Assembly (NCBI GenBank): GCA_038317055.1
Contig: JBBQBA010000001.1
Coordinates: 88,153 to 152,152 of the forward strand
Length of the DNA stretch: 64,000 nt
Reading direction: 5' to 3'
Source of the DNA: Candidatus Saccharimonadales bacterium
Lineage (GTDB): Bacteria; Patescibacteriota; Saccharimonadia; Saccharimonadales; DATKHC01
The notes under the pieces are model-generated. The model was given only the letters and a program-made list of their open reading frames with translations, did not search any database and was not told where the DNA came from. Made by a program: the position numbers and the translations under genes. Positions 1 to 8,287 of the stretch are shown in pieces. Positions within the stretch are counted from its first letter, which is position 1. The number at the start of each line of letters is the position of its first letter.

Positions 1-143
1 GGAATAGAGCAAGCTGCACGAGCGGATGACGGGAATTTTAAAATCACAAAAGAAGTAACTAACATAATTACTACAATTGAAATAATGTAATGTCGCTTAA
101 GCTTGGGGGTTTTAATAATCATTATTTTTGTATCTTTATTCAT
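1..143 (-). CDS. Partial CDS (N-terminus only, continues past window start): hypothetical membrane-anchored/secreted protein
   Basis: Own reading of minus strand: ATG at 143..141, then MNKDTKIMIIKTPKLKRHYIISIVVIMLVTSFVILKFPSSARAACS..., open to position 1. Basic N-terminus plus one hydrophobic helix. Absent from the ORF track because it is truncated. Confidence 0.3.
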   Translation of the reverse strand, partial: MNKDTKIMIIKTPKLKRHYIISIVVIMLVTSFVILKFPSSARAACSI

Positions 144-305
144 GCGGATAATTATATTAATCTATTATGCACATTATTTTTAATTATAACCAGTAACATT
201 ATACACCCGTAGAAGATATTTATAGTTTTACAGATCTTGATATTCTAATATATGGTCGAAAATCGTGTTTTTTATCAGATATTAATCATGATCATACGTC
301 TTAAA

Positions 306-391
306 TTGGTGGGGATGAGAGGACTTGAACCTCCACGAGCTAAGCTCACTAGTACCTGAAACTAGCGTGTATACCAATTTCACCACATCCC
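306..391 (-). tRNA. tRNA-Leu (anticodon CAG), type II with long variable arm, CCA encoded
   Basis: Reverse complement folds as a cloverleaf. Acceptor GGGGATG/CATCCCC; anticodon stem CTAGT/ACTAG with loop TTCAGGT; variable arm GAGC-TTA-GCTC; T-arm GAGGTTCAAGTCCTC; 3' ACCA. Confidence 0.85.
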
Positions 392-421
392 CAAAATAAA
401 GAACTTATTAAAGTATAACTC

Positions 422-2203
422 TTAGTTAGTTGTTCTGACTTCTCTAATTTCCCAATTATTTACATTTGAGTATCTATCGGTTCCGTTATTAAGCATTGTG
501 GGTGTGAATCCATATAACTGTCCCCTCGTAATATATAGATATCTAGGTTGATATAGTGCAACCGCAGGAGCAGCTGTTTGCCATGCTTGTAAGAATGGTT
601 GATATTTAGCAGCTCGAAGTGCTGTGCCAATCCTAGTTCTACCTTCTTCAAGAGCCTTATCTGCGGCAGTGTCTTTATATACTGACAAGTTTAATCCTGG
701 TACTGCGTTTGTTTGAGCCTGAGTACTATCCCAATAAGCAAAAACATCAGGATCAACGCCTATCGATATACCGTAAAGTAATGAGTCATAGGCTCGACTA
801 TTAATTATTGTTTGTAGATCAGTTGGTTGTTGGGGCAATATTTGGACATCCGCACCAATTGCTCTCCACTGAGATTTAAGTGAAGCTGATACCAAATTAA
901 ACTCACTATTATCAGCAGTGTAAAGATTAAACTTTAAGGGAGCACCATTTTTATATCTAAATCCATTTTTACCCAGAACCCAACCAGCTGTAGTAAGTGT
1001 ATTATTTGCTGCTACAACATTAGTAGATAATTGAAGAGTCTTAGGATCATATCCTATCTGAAATGGAAGAAGAGGTGATTTAGCAGCTATTACCGGATAG
1101 TCTAACCCACTAATAATGCTACTCTCATCAATAGATTGCACTAATGCCTGTCTAACCTTCATATCATTCAAAACTGGTTGTGAAGTATTAAAGAACACCA
1201 TCACCTCAGCGGTCAATGGAATATTGTAGTTGTATACGCTATTATTCTTATTGAGTTTATCGGGTACAGTTGTAAGACCGGCCATTCCATTTAACACCCC
1301 GTTATTAAAACTGCTAACCATCTGAGATTGATTATTGAAAGCATTTATTACAAATCGATCAAGAGTTGGTCTTCCTTCATAATATTGATGATTGGCATTC
1401 ATTCCAATCTGCTGCATATAAGCTGACGCAGTACTTCCCGTGACATCAACTTCAGACAATTTAAATGGTCCAGATCCAATTGGGTTTAATGTATCAAACG
1501 TAGAATCACGCATCTGAACAGGGTTAACATTACCCAAAATATGTTTAGGAATTATTCCATTTATCATGGTGTAGGGAAACGAACTTAGGGGTTCTTGAAG
1601 TGTGAATTGAATGGTATTAGAATTCATAGCCACAACTTTTACACCCTTCCAATCATTGAATAATGGTGAACCTACATCTGGATTTTCAATGGATTGGTAA
1701 GTAAAAACAACATCCTGAGCGTTTAGGGGCTTTCCGTCCTGCCATTTCAAGTTATCTTTTAGTATAACCGTGTATACAAGGCCTCTTGTGTCACTAACAT
1801 AAGATTGAGCTAGATCGCCAACTAACTTATTAGATTGATTGTATTTAAAAAGTCCAGGAAAAATTAACCTTGAAACAGAATGATCAACGTCGGTATTTGC
1901 AAAGAGTGGATTAGCATTTGTGAAAGTGCCAACAATGCCTTCATTGTAAGTTCCACCGCTAGTTGGTTTTAGTTTTTGATAATAAGAACTAAGCCCATGA
2001 GTTTGAGCAATTGTAATGCTAGTTAATAAAATAAATAGCAATAACCAACTTACGATAAATCTTCGGACTCCAACTATTCTATTCAATCGCCTGAAGAAAT
2101 GTTTATCAAGATTCTCTTCGGCTTGTTGAGAATAATCTTCAACTTGACGTCTTTTAACTCTGTACTTGCGACGCCAACGAAGTTTCGTTGTTCTATTTAT
2201 CAT
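422..2203 (-). CDS. ABC transporter substrate-binding protein, family 5 (peptide/nickel type), N-terminally membrane-anchored
   Basis: 593 aa. Length and sequence character are typical of OppA/DppA-like SBP_bac_5 proteins. Basic N-terminus followed by a TM helix (FIVSWLLLFILLTSITIAQ). Confidence 0.75.
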   Translation of the reverse strand: MINRTTKLRWRRKYRVKRRQVEDYSQQAEENLDKHFFRRLNRIVGVRRFIVSWLLLFILLTSITIAQTHGLSSYYQKLKPTSGGTYNEGIVGTFTNANPLFANTDVDHSVSRLIFPGLFKYNQSNKLVGDLAQSYVSDTRGLVYTVILKDNLKWQDGKPLNAQDVVFTYQSIENPDVGSPLFNDWKGVKVVAMNSNTIQFTLQEPLSSFPYTMINGIIPKHILGNVNPVQMRDSTFDTLNPIGSGPFKLSEVDVTGSTASAYMQQIGMNANHQYYEGRPTLDRFVINAFNNQSQMVSSFNNGVLNGMAGLTTVPDKLNKNNSVYNYNIPLTAEVMVFFNTSQPVLNDMKVRQALVQSIDESSIISGLDYPVIAAKSPLLPFQIGYDPKTLQLSTNVVAANNTLTTAGWVLGKNGFRYKNGAPLKFNLYTADNSEFNLVSASLKSQWRAIGADVQILPQQPTDLQTIINSRAYDSLLYGISIGVDPDVFAYWDSTQAQTNAVPGLNLSVYKDTAADKALEEGRTRIGTALRAAKYQPFLQAWQTAAPAVALYQPRYLYITRGQLYGFTPTMLNNGTDRYSNVNNWEIREVRTTN

Positions 2204-2215
2204 TAGCCACCTAAA

Positions 2216-2440
2216 CTAAGCTATTACACTAATAACCAAAGATCCCACAAAAATGCCTGCGAAAATAATCGTTAACCAAAAAATGGTCTTGTCTGAACCG
2301 CGCCTAGAAGTATTAATTTCACCACTAGAACCTAACCCTGCACCTAGGGTTGCTCCACGTGTCTGCAACATGATTAGCAATGTCATTATTATCATCGCTC
2401 CTAAGGCTACATAATCATATATACTTATTGTTGTACTCAT
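2216..2440 (-). CDS. secG: Preprotein translocase subunit SecG
   Basis: About 74 aa counted from the internal Met (MSTTISIYDYVALGAMIIMTLLIMLQTRGATLGAGLGSSGE...). Two TM helices and a Gly-rich loop are typical of SecG. The ORF-track start at 2518 would overlap the upstream gene, so the ATG at 2440 is preferred. Confidence 0.7.
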   Translation of the reverse strand: MSTTISIYDYVALGAMIIMTLLIMLQTRGATLGAGLGSSGEINTSRRGSDKTIFWLTIIFAGIFVGSLVISVIA

Positions 2441-2442
2441 AG

Positions 2443-2808
2443 TTATATCCTGTCCAAAATAGTTGACACTAAGTAGTTTACCAAGCCAATGACCATACCA
2501 GCAAGTAATGCAGCCCAAAATGACGATATTTGTAGTGCTGGATATATTGCACTAACAAGAGTTAACATCAAACCATTTATAACAATAATGAACAATCCCA
2601 GGGTAAAAAGTATCGCGGGAAGTGATAATAATACAATAATCGGCTTAACTATTGTGTTTACCAATGCCAAAATTAATCCAGCAATAATAATTACTGTAAT
2701 TTGATTGTTATAATTTATTCTTCCACCTAAGAGTGCTGATGCTATCCAGATACCTAGACCACATACAACCCAAGAAATAATAAACCGTAATATCGGTCCT
2801 CGCTTCAT
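2443..2808 (-). CDS. Small 4-TM membrane protein, phage holin family 4 / DUF360 (YvlD-like)
   Basis: 121 aa. The pattern LRFIISWVV...LGIWIASALLGG...VNTIVKPIIVLLSLPAILFTLGLF resembles DUF360 proteins. Confidence 0.6.
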   Translation of the reverse strand: MKRGPILRFIISWVVCGLGIWIASALLGGRINYNNQITVIIIAGLILALVNTIVKPIIVLLSLPAILFTLGLFIIVINGLMLTLVSAIYPALQISSFWAALLAGMVIGLVNYLVSTILDRI

Positions 2809-2823
2809 TGCATTAATTGTAAG

Positions 2824-4047
2824 TTAGTTAAATGAAGAGGGCAAGTTAGCGCTTAAGATTTTATGACCAGTTTTAGTAATTAATACGTCGTCTTCAAGCC
2901 TCACGCCTATTCCTTCTTCATGAATATAAATACCTGGCTCAACAGTTAATATCATATTTTCTTGGAATATAGTATCAAAATCTCCGATGTCATGAGTATC
3001 TAAACCTAAAAAATGAGACGTTAAGTGAGGATAATATTGCCTTACTGAATCTTTGTCTATAGTAGTAATTAGACCTAGTTCTCGTAACTTTTCACCCATA
3101 AAATGTTCAATTTGAGACTCGTACTCTTGATAAACTACCCCAGGTTTTAGTAACGAATAAGCAAACTGCTGGACCTCATATACACTATCAAATACCTGCT
3201 TCTGTCGTTTAGACATTTTCCCAGATATAGCAAAAGTTCTAGTTATATCAGCTGAATAATGATTAATCTCGGCACCAATATCTAGTAATATTAATTCTCC
3301 GTCAATAAGCTCAGAGTCACCCCGATCATAATGAATGGCTGTAGAATTCTTACCTGTTGAAACTCCATTTGCAAATGCTGGCTTTGAGTTATTCTTCCTA
3401 AATTCAGATAATATTACCGCTTCGACTTCATATTCATAACTATATTTTTTAACATTCTTTTGGATCTTTTTAATAGTTTCTGTAGTTATCTTAATTGCTT
3501 GGTTAAGAGATTCGATTTCTTCAGGTTGTTTAATTAGTCTAAGTTTCGTTATATGTTCTCTTAGATCAAGTAGCGATAAATCTGAATTTATTTCTTTTAT
3601 TTTATTAGTTAAGTGTGCTCTGGCAGGATTAGTATAAAAACCAAAATGCTCAGCAAAAGCTGGAGGAACTGAAAGCAAAGCAACATGTTTTGATCTTTTT
3701 AATTTTGAACTAAGTCTTCGCCAGCCTTCTTGATTATCCAAAATTTCCTTTATGCCTGACTGCTGAGATATAAGCTCTAAATCCAATTTTCCATCTGATA
3801 CATCAGTAAAATGTGGCCGGATAGGTAAGATTAAGTACTCTTTAGTTCTGTCCATTACAAGAATAATGTCGGGCTCATTTATACCCGTTAGGTACCAAAA
3901 GCTACTATCTTGTTTGAAAGGATAACTAATATCGCTATTTTGTTGTAGTAATCCGCTAGCTGTTAAGACAATTGGAGCAGTCCCTTTAAAAAGTGAGCGT
4001 AAGTTGGCCCGGTTATTAATAAAAAAATTTGGTTTTATTGATTCCAT
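2824..4047 (-). CDS. Xaa-Pro aminopeptidase / M24B family metallopeptidase
   Basis: 407 aa. Pita-bread fold metal-ligand motifs are present: LLDIGAEINHYSADITRT, HFLGLDTHD, LTVEPGIY, GVRLEDDV. Confidence 0.8.
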   Translation of the reverse strand: MESIKPNFFINNRANLRSLFKGTAPIVLTASGLLQQNSDISYPFKQDSSFWYLTGINEPDIILVMDRTKEYLILPIRPHFTDVSDGKLDLELISQQSGIKEILDNQEGWRRLSSKLKRSKHVALLSVPPAFAEHFGFYTNPARAHLTNKIKEINSDLSLLDLREHITKLRLIKQPEEIESLNQAIKITTETIKKIQKNVKKYSYEYEVEAVILSEFRKNNSKPAFANGVSTGKNSTAIHYDRGDSELIDGELILLDIGAEINHYSADITRTFAISGKMSKRQKQVFDSVYEVQQFAYSLLKPGVVYQEYESQIEHFMGEKLRELGLITTIDKDSVRQYYPHLTSHFLGLDTHDIGDFDTIFQENMILTVEPGIYIHEEGIGVRLEDDVLITKTGHKILSANLPSSFN

Positions 4048-4054
4048 AAATTAC

Positions 4055-5545
4055 CTATTTAGTACTTAAGTACTGTTTAATTACGGTTGCTTTACTATAT
4101 CCAATTAATTTTTGAATATCCGTTTTATTGGCTTTAGTTATTCCGTCCACACTACCAAACTCCTTTAATAATACTTTTTTAGTGGTTGGTCCAACTCCTG
4201 GAATATTATCTAAAATACTATTTTTTTGCGACTTTATCTTTAATACAGTGTGGTAGCTTACTGCAAATCTATGAGATTCGTCACGAATTCTCTGAAGCAA
4301 TTTAATTATTGGGGAATCTTTCGGTAATAGAATTGCACTAAAGTTGCCAATATCTGCAATAATCGCTCGATGGGTCTTAAGTATATCCCGATTAACAGAA
4401 AGTTTAGAGCCAATATTATCTACTATAATTTCCTCTTCTCTTTTTGCAAGACCTATCATTGGAATACTCACGCCTAATATATCTCTCGCTTTAATGGCTG
4501 AACTAAGCTGACCTTTACCTCCATCAATTAATATTAGGTCGGGCTTAGGCCATGATTTTTGATTTTTTTCAGATAAACGTCTAGATAGGGTTTCTTCCAT
4601 ATGACCAAAATCATTGTTACCAGGTAACCTCATTTTAAACTTACGGTATGAAACTTTGTCGGGTATCCCATTGATAAAAACAACCATGCTAGCCGTATTA
4701 TTAGTTCCTTGCATATGACTAATATCGTAGCCTTCAATTCTCCGTGGAATATTATTAAGACCCAAAATATCCGCAAGACCAGCTAGACCTTGATCTTTAC
4801 TCATTTCTAAATTTTCTTTGTCCGAAAAAATTATTCTATTAGATAAGCTTTTAAGAGATGTGAGTTGGTTACGATAACTCGCCGCTGCCTCATAATCTTT
4901 TTTTCTAGACGCTTGGTTCATTGATTTCTCAATGTCCTTAATCAATGCTGTACGCTCACCTTTTATATAACGTATTAATTGTCGAAGATTTGCTCGATAG
5001 TCACCAATGGTAGTTTTGTTCTCCTCAATACCCGGACAAAGTCCAAGATGATATTGAAGACAAACCCTTTTTGGAATTACTCCCATATGGGTTGAGTAGG
5101 GAAATATCCTTCTTAGATATTTAAGAGATAATTTTAGAGTTTGAGAGCTATTATATGGGCCATAGTAATCTGCTTTGTCATCCAGCGGTCGCCTTGTAAG
5201 TGTTACGGAGGGATAGTTTGCTTTGTAGTCTATTCGAATATATGTAAGACTTTTATCGTCCCGTAATAAAATATTATATTTTGGTAAATAACGTCTAACT
5301 AGTTCAGCTTCTAGAAATAACGCATCAATTTCAGTTTCAACTTCAATCCAGTCAATATCCGTAATCTCACTAACAAGTAGTGTAGTTTTGGGATCCATAT
5401 TCCTACTTTTTTGAAAGTATTGCCTAACTCTATTTCTAAGAACAGCCGCTTTGCCAATATAGATTACCTTGCCGTGCTTATCTTTGTGAAAATAAACACC
5501 CGGTGCTTTTGGTAATTGATCTAATTTTTCAGATAATTTATCCAT
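4055..5545 (-). CDS. uvrC: Excinuclease ABC subunit C (UvrC), compact 496-aa form
   Basis: N-terminal GIY-YIG (PGVYFHKDKHGKVIYIGKA...LRNRVRQY), a UVR-like helix (YEAAASYRNQLTSL), an endonuclease domain and a C-terminal HhH (PGVGPTTKKVLLKEFGSV). Confidence 0.9.
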   Translation of the reverse strand: MDKLSEKLDQLPKAPGVYFHKDKHGKVIYIGKAAVLRNRVRQYFQKSRNMDPKTTLLVSEITDIDWIEVETEIDALFLEAELVRRYLPKYNILLRDDKSLTYIRIDYKANYPSVTLTRRPLDDKADYYGPYNSSQTLKLSLKYLRRIFPYSTHMGVIPKRVCLQYHLGLCPGIEENKTTIGDYRANLRQLIRYIKGERTALIKDIEKSMNQASRKKDYEAAASYRNQLTSLKSLSNRIIFSDKENLEMSKDQGLAGLADILGLNNIPRRIEGYDISHMQGTNNTASMVVFINGIPDKVSYRKFKMRLPGNNDFGHMEETLSRRLSEKNQKSWPKPDLILIDGGKGQLSSAIKARDILGVSIPMIGLAKREEEIIVDNIGSKLSVNRDILKTHRAIIADIGNFSAILLPKDSPIIKLLQRIRDESHRFAVSYHTVLKIKSQKNSILDNIPGVGPTTKKVLLKEFGSVDGITKANKTDIQKLIGYSKATVIKQYLSTK

Positions 5546-5571
5546 GCATTCGCCTTGGATTTAACTAGTGA

Positions 5572-6225
5572 TTATTCTTCCTCAGTTGGAGCTGTCTTTT
5601 CGCCAGTAGATTCTTCACCATCTGCTTCACCCTCAACTTCTTCTTCAGTGCTTTCTTCAGATACTTGAGCAGGTGTTTCCTCGACTGAAATAATCAATGA
5701 TTCAGGATCAGTAATTAGTGTTACGTTTGCGGGTATTACCAAATCAGCAACTGTTAGTTTGTCTCCAATTTCTACAAGGCTCTCAGTATTTAGTTTCAAT
5801 TCATCAGGTAAATCTCTAGGGAGTGCTTCAGATTCAACGTGAGAAAGGTGAGTAATCACCATGAGTCCAGTTTTCTCTGCTGGAATTTCTCCGACAAAAC
5901 TAATAGGAACCTCGGTTTGAACTTTTTCATCTTGACGAATTGCCTGAAAAACTACATGTTCTACTCGATGCTTAACAGGATCGTAATGTACGTCTTTAAT
6001 AATTGCAGTGTTTTTCTTTGATCCTACCATTAGTTCAACTGGGTGGTGCTTGCCAGCATTAGCATATACTTTTGCGATAGACTGATATTCGCCCATAACA
6101 TGTGTTGAGGGCTTTCCGTGGTCATGAATTACAGCAGGGACTAAACCTTGCTTTCTTAGTTGATTAAGGCCTTTGCCTAAAACTTCGCGTTCTTGCAATG
6201 CTAATGAAATATCTTTGTCGCTCAT
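5572..6225 (-). CDS. rplY: 50S ribosomal protein L25 / general stress protein Ctc, with acidic C-terminal tail
   Basis: 217 aa. The N-terminus (REVLGKGLNQLRKQGLVPAVIH...) and two-domain Ctc layout match the family. The tail is Glu-rich. Confidence 0.85.
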   Translation of the reverse strand: MSDKDISLALQEREVLGKGLNQLRKQGLVPAVIHDHGKPSTHVMGEYQSIAKVYANAGKHHPVELMVGSKKNTAIIKDVHYDPVKHRVEHVVFQAIRQDEKVQTEVPISFVGEIPAEKTGLMVITHLSHVESEALPRDLPDELKLNTESLVEIGDKLTVADLVIPANVTLITDPESLIISVEETPAQVSEESTEEEVEGEADGEESTGEKTAPTEEE

Positions 6226-6355
6226 AAATTCCTTCTCATTATTCCGTAAACTAGAGTTATATTATACCCTATAATCTGTCAGTTCGCTGGACTTTAATAA
6301 TTCTTTGGCTTAAATCTCTAGACTCCAAACTATAAACCAAGTAACCTTATAAATA

Positions 6356-7021
6356 ATGTTTGACGTTAATCATGTAATCCAACACAGTGGGCATATAGTA
6401 AGTTTGTTACTTATCGCAGCCATAATATTTACAGAGTCCGGAATACCATTTGGTTTTTTCTTCCCTGGTGACACGTTATTATTTACTGCCGGATTTTTCG
6501 CAGCCCAACACTACTTACCAATTTCTGGACTTATATTAGTAGTTATTATTGCAAAAATAGCTGGTAGCACAGTTGGATATTTTATAGGCCTACAAGCAGG
6601 TAAAAAAATGTTCAATAAAAAAGGCAGTTTTTTCTTTAGAAAGGACTACCTTAATAGTGCGGAATCTTTTTATGAAAAACATGGCGGTAAAACTGTTATG
6701 TTAGGTCAATTTATTCCAGTAGTTAGAACTTTTGCACCAATAGTTGCAGGTGCTAGTAAAATGAATCCTAAAAAATTCTTTATCTTTAATGTATTGGGCG
6801 CAATACTTTGGGGACTGTTATTGCCTTTACTAGGTTTTTGGTTAGGTCATAAAATTCATAATATAGACAAGTATCTACTTCCGGTAATAATTATTGCTAC
6901 GGTATTTTCATTTACGCCAGCAGCTTGGCATCTATTTGGCAAAAAAGAACGCAGACAACAATTAATTAATTCATATAAGGTCAAAAAAGCCGCTAAAAAT
7001 TCCAAAAAAGCCGCTAATTAA
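6356..7021 (+). CDS. DedA family membrane protein
   Basis: 221 aa. Contains ESGIPFGFFFPGDTLLFTAGFFA and GQFIPVVRTFAPIVAGASKM, which are characteristic DedA/SNARE-associated motifs. Confidence 0.8.
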   Translation: MFDVNHVIQHSGHIVSLLLIAAIIFTESGIPFGFFFPGDTLLFTAGFFAAQHYLPISGLILVVIIAKIAGSTVGYFIGLQAGKKMFNKKGSFFFRKDYLNSAESFYEKHGGKTVMLGQFIPVVRTFAPIVAGASKMNPKKFFIFNVLGAILWGLLLPLLGFWLGHKIHNIDKYLLPVIIIATVFSFTPAAWHLFGKKERRQQLINSYKVKKAAKNSKKAAN

Positions 7022-7044
7022 ATTTATTAATTAGACAATCTAGA

Positions 7045-8253
7045 TCATGGAATAACGTAGTTTTGAACTACTGATACGAAGGGGTCTGTAGGATAAAACT
7101 CCCAAGGACATGTTCCCAACCAACTTGCTTGAGTAGGTTCATATTCCCAAAAACCTACTCCCCCTGCTCCACCTTTAATATAAGCATCTGTTTTAGCTTT
7201 TAGGAACGTAACTCGATCAGCATAGGTCAACGAAATAGTAGGTACATCCGTACATGTCGGTCCAGATTTAACTCCAGTCTCACCAACATAAAACGGTTTG
7301 TTAATTTGTTGAGAAACTAGCTTAGCAGTTGTAAAATTCGATGAAACTATAGCTCCATGTTCATAATCGTATGAGTAATCATGAACACTAATTGCATCAA
7401 TATTTGGAATATTTAATGCTTTTACAAACTCATTATAAGTACCGACTGCGCCGGGGTAATTTGTACCAACACCTATAAGATGATTTGTATCTATAGCCCT
7501 GATTGCATCAGACGTACCTTCAAAATATGCTTGCATAACTGCTTCGGTTGGACGATCACCCACATTACCTGGTTCATTTGCTACTTCCCACATCATAATG
7601 CTCGGGTTATTTTTGAACATTGGGACTATAGTATTTACCCAACTTAAATATTTTCCTTGCCAACCAGTTTGATAGAACGCAAGCATCTTACCTTTCTGGT
7701 TACCACTTATTGCTCCGTCTGTTTCACCACACGAAGCATCATCATCACCTAAAGTTAGTATAAGATGTTGATGGTATTTAGCGGCTTCTGTAAGTACCGT
7801 GTTTACACCACTCGTGCCATAAGTCTGAAATGCCCAAATGCGTGTTACTCCATTTGACGGCAATCTGGCGAAATAAGCATCAAGTTGGGCTGGTGTTGTT
7901 ACTCCGTTATAACAAGTATCCGCTGCACCATAAAAATTAAAACCAATGTATTGGAATACTTTACCAGCCAACATAAAATTTGTTCCAGAAGTTGTGATAA
8001 AACCGCTTGAGTTTGATGTGCCGAAGCGAGTAGCTATACCATCAGAAGCTCCTGTGTCTGAATAATTGATCGCACTGCCTGCTAGAGTACCCTTATTTGC
8101 TGAAATAGTTACGAATGGAGATGCAGCATGAGAACTAAAGTAATAATGAACACCTAGGAAAGCTATAATAAAAACTACAGATATAGTAATGATTTTGCTA
8201 AATAATAAATTTTTATTTTTTAATAATTGTTTAGTAGATTTTTTACCTAGCAT
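7045..8253 (-). CDS. Secreted glycoside hydrolase family 5 (mannanase/cellulase-like)
   Basis: 402 aa with an N-terminal TM/signal segment. Has the GH5 acid/base signature WEVANEPG and a later candidate nucleophile region FYVGETG. Confidence 0.7.
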   Translation of the reverse strand: MLGKKSTKQLLKNKNLLFSKIITISVVFIIAFLGVHYYFSSHAASPFVTISANKGTLAGSAINYSDTGASDGIATRFGTSNSSGFITTSGTNFMLAGKVFQYIGFNFYGAADTCYNGVTTPAQLDAYFARLPSNGVTRIWAFQTYGTSGVNTVLTEAAKYHQHLILTLGDDDASCGETDGAISGNQKGKMLAFYQTGWQGKYLSWVNTIVPMFKNNPSIMMWEVANEPGNVGDRPTEAVMQAYFEGTSDAIRAIDTNHLIGVGTNYPGAVGTYNEFVKALNIPNIDAISVHDYSYDYEHGAIVSSNFTTAKLVSQQINKPFYVGETGVKSGPTCTDVPTISLTYADRVTFLKAKTDAYIKGGAGGVGFWEYEPTQASWLGTCPWEFYPTDPFVSVVQNYVIP

Positions 8254-8287
8254 ACGTTTATATTAACAGGCATATCCTGTACGGTAC

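Noticed and set aside
2441-2518. N-terminal extension of the SecG ORF (MGCITCWYGHWLGKLLSVNYFGQDIT...) as listed in the ORF track
   Set aside because: It overlaps the 3' end of the upstream DUF360-like gene by 76 nt. The SecG-like sequence begins at the internal Met (ATG at 2440), 2 nt after that gene's stop.
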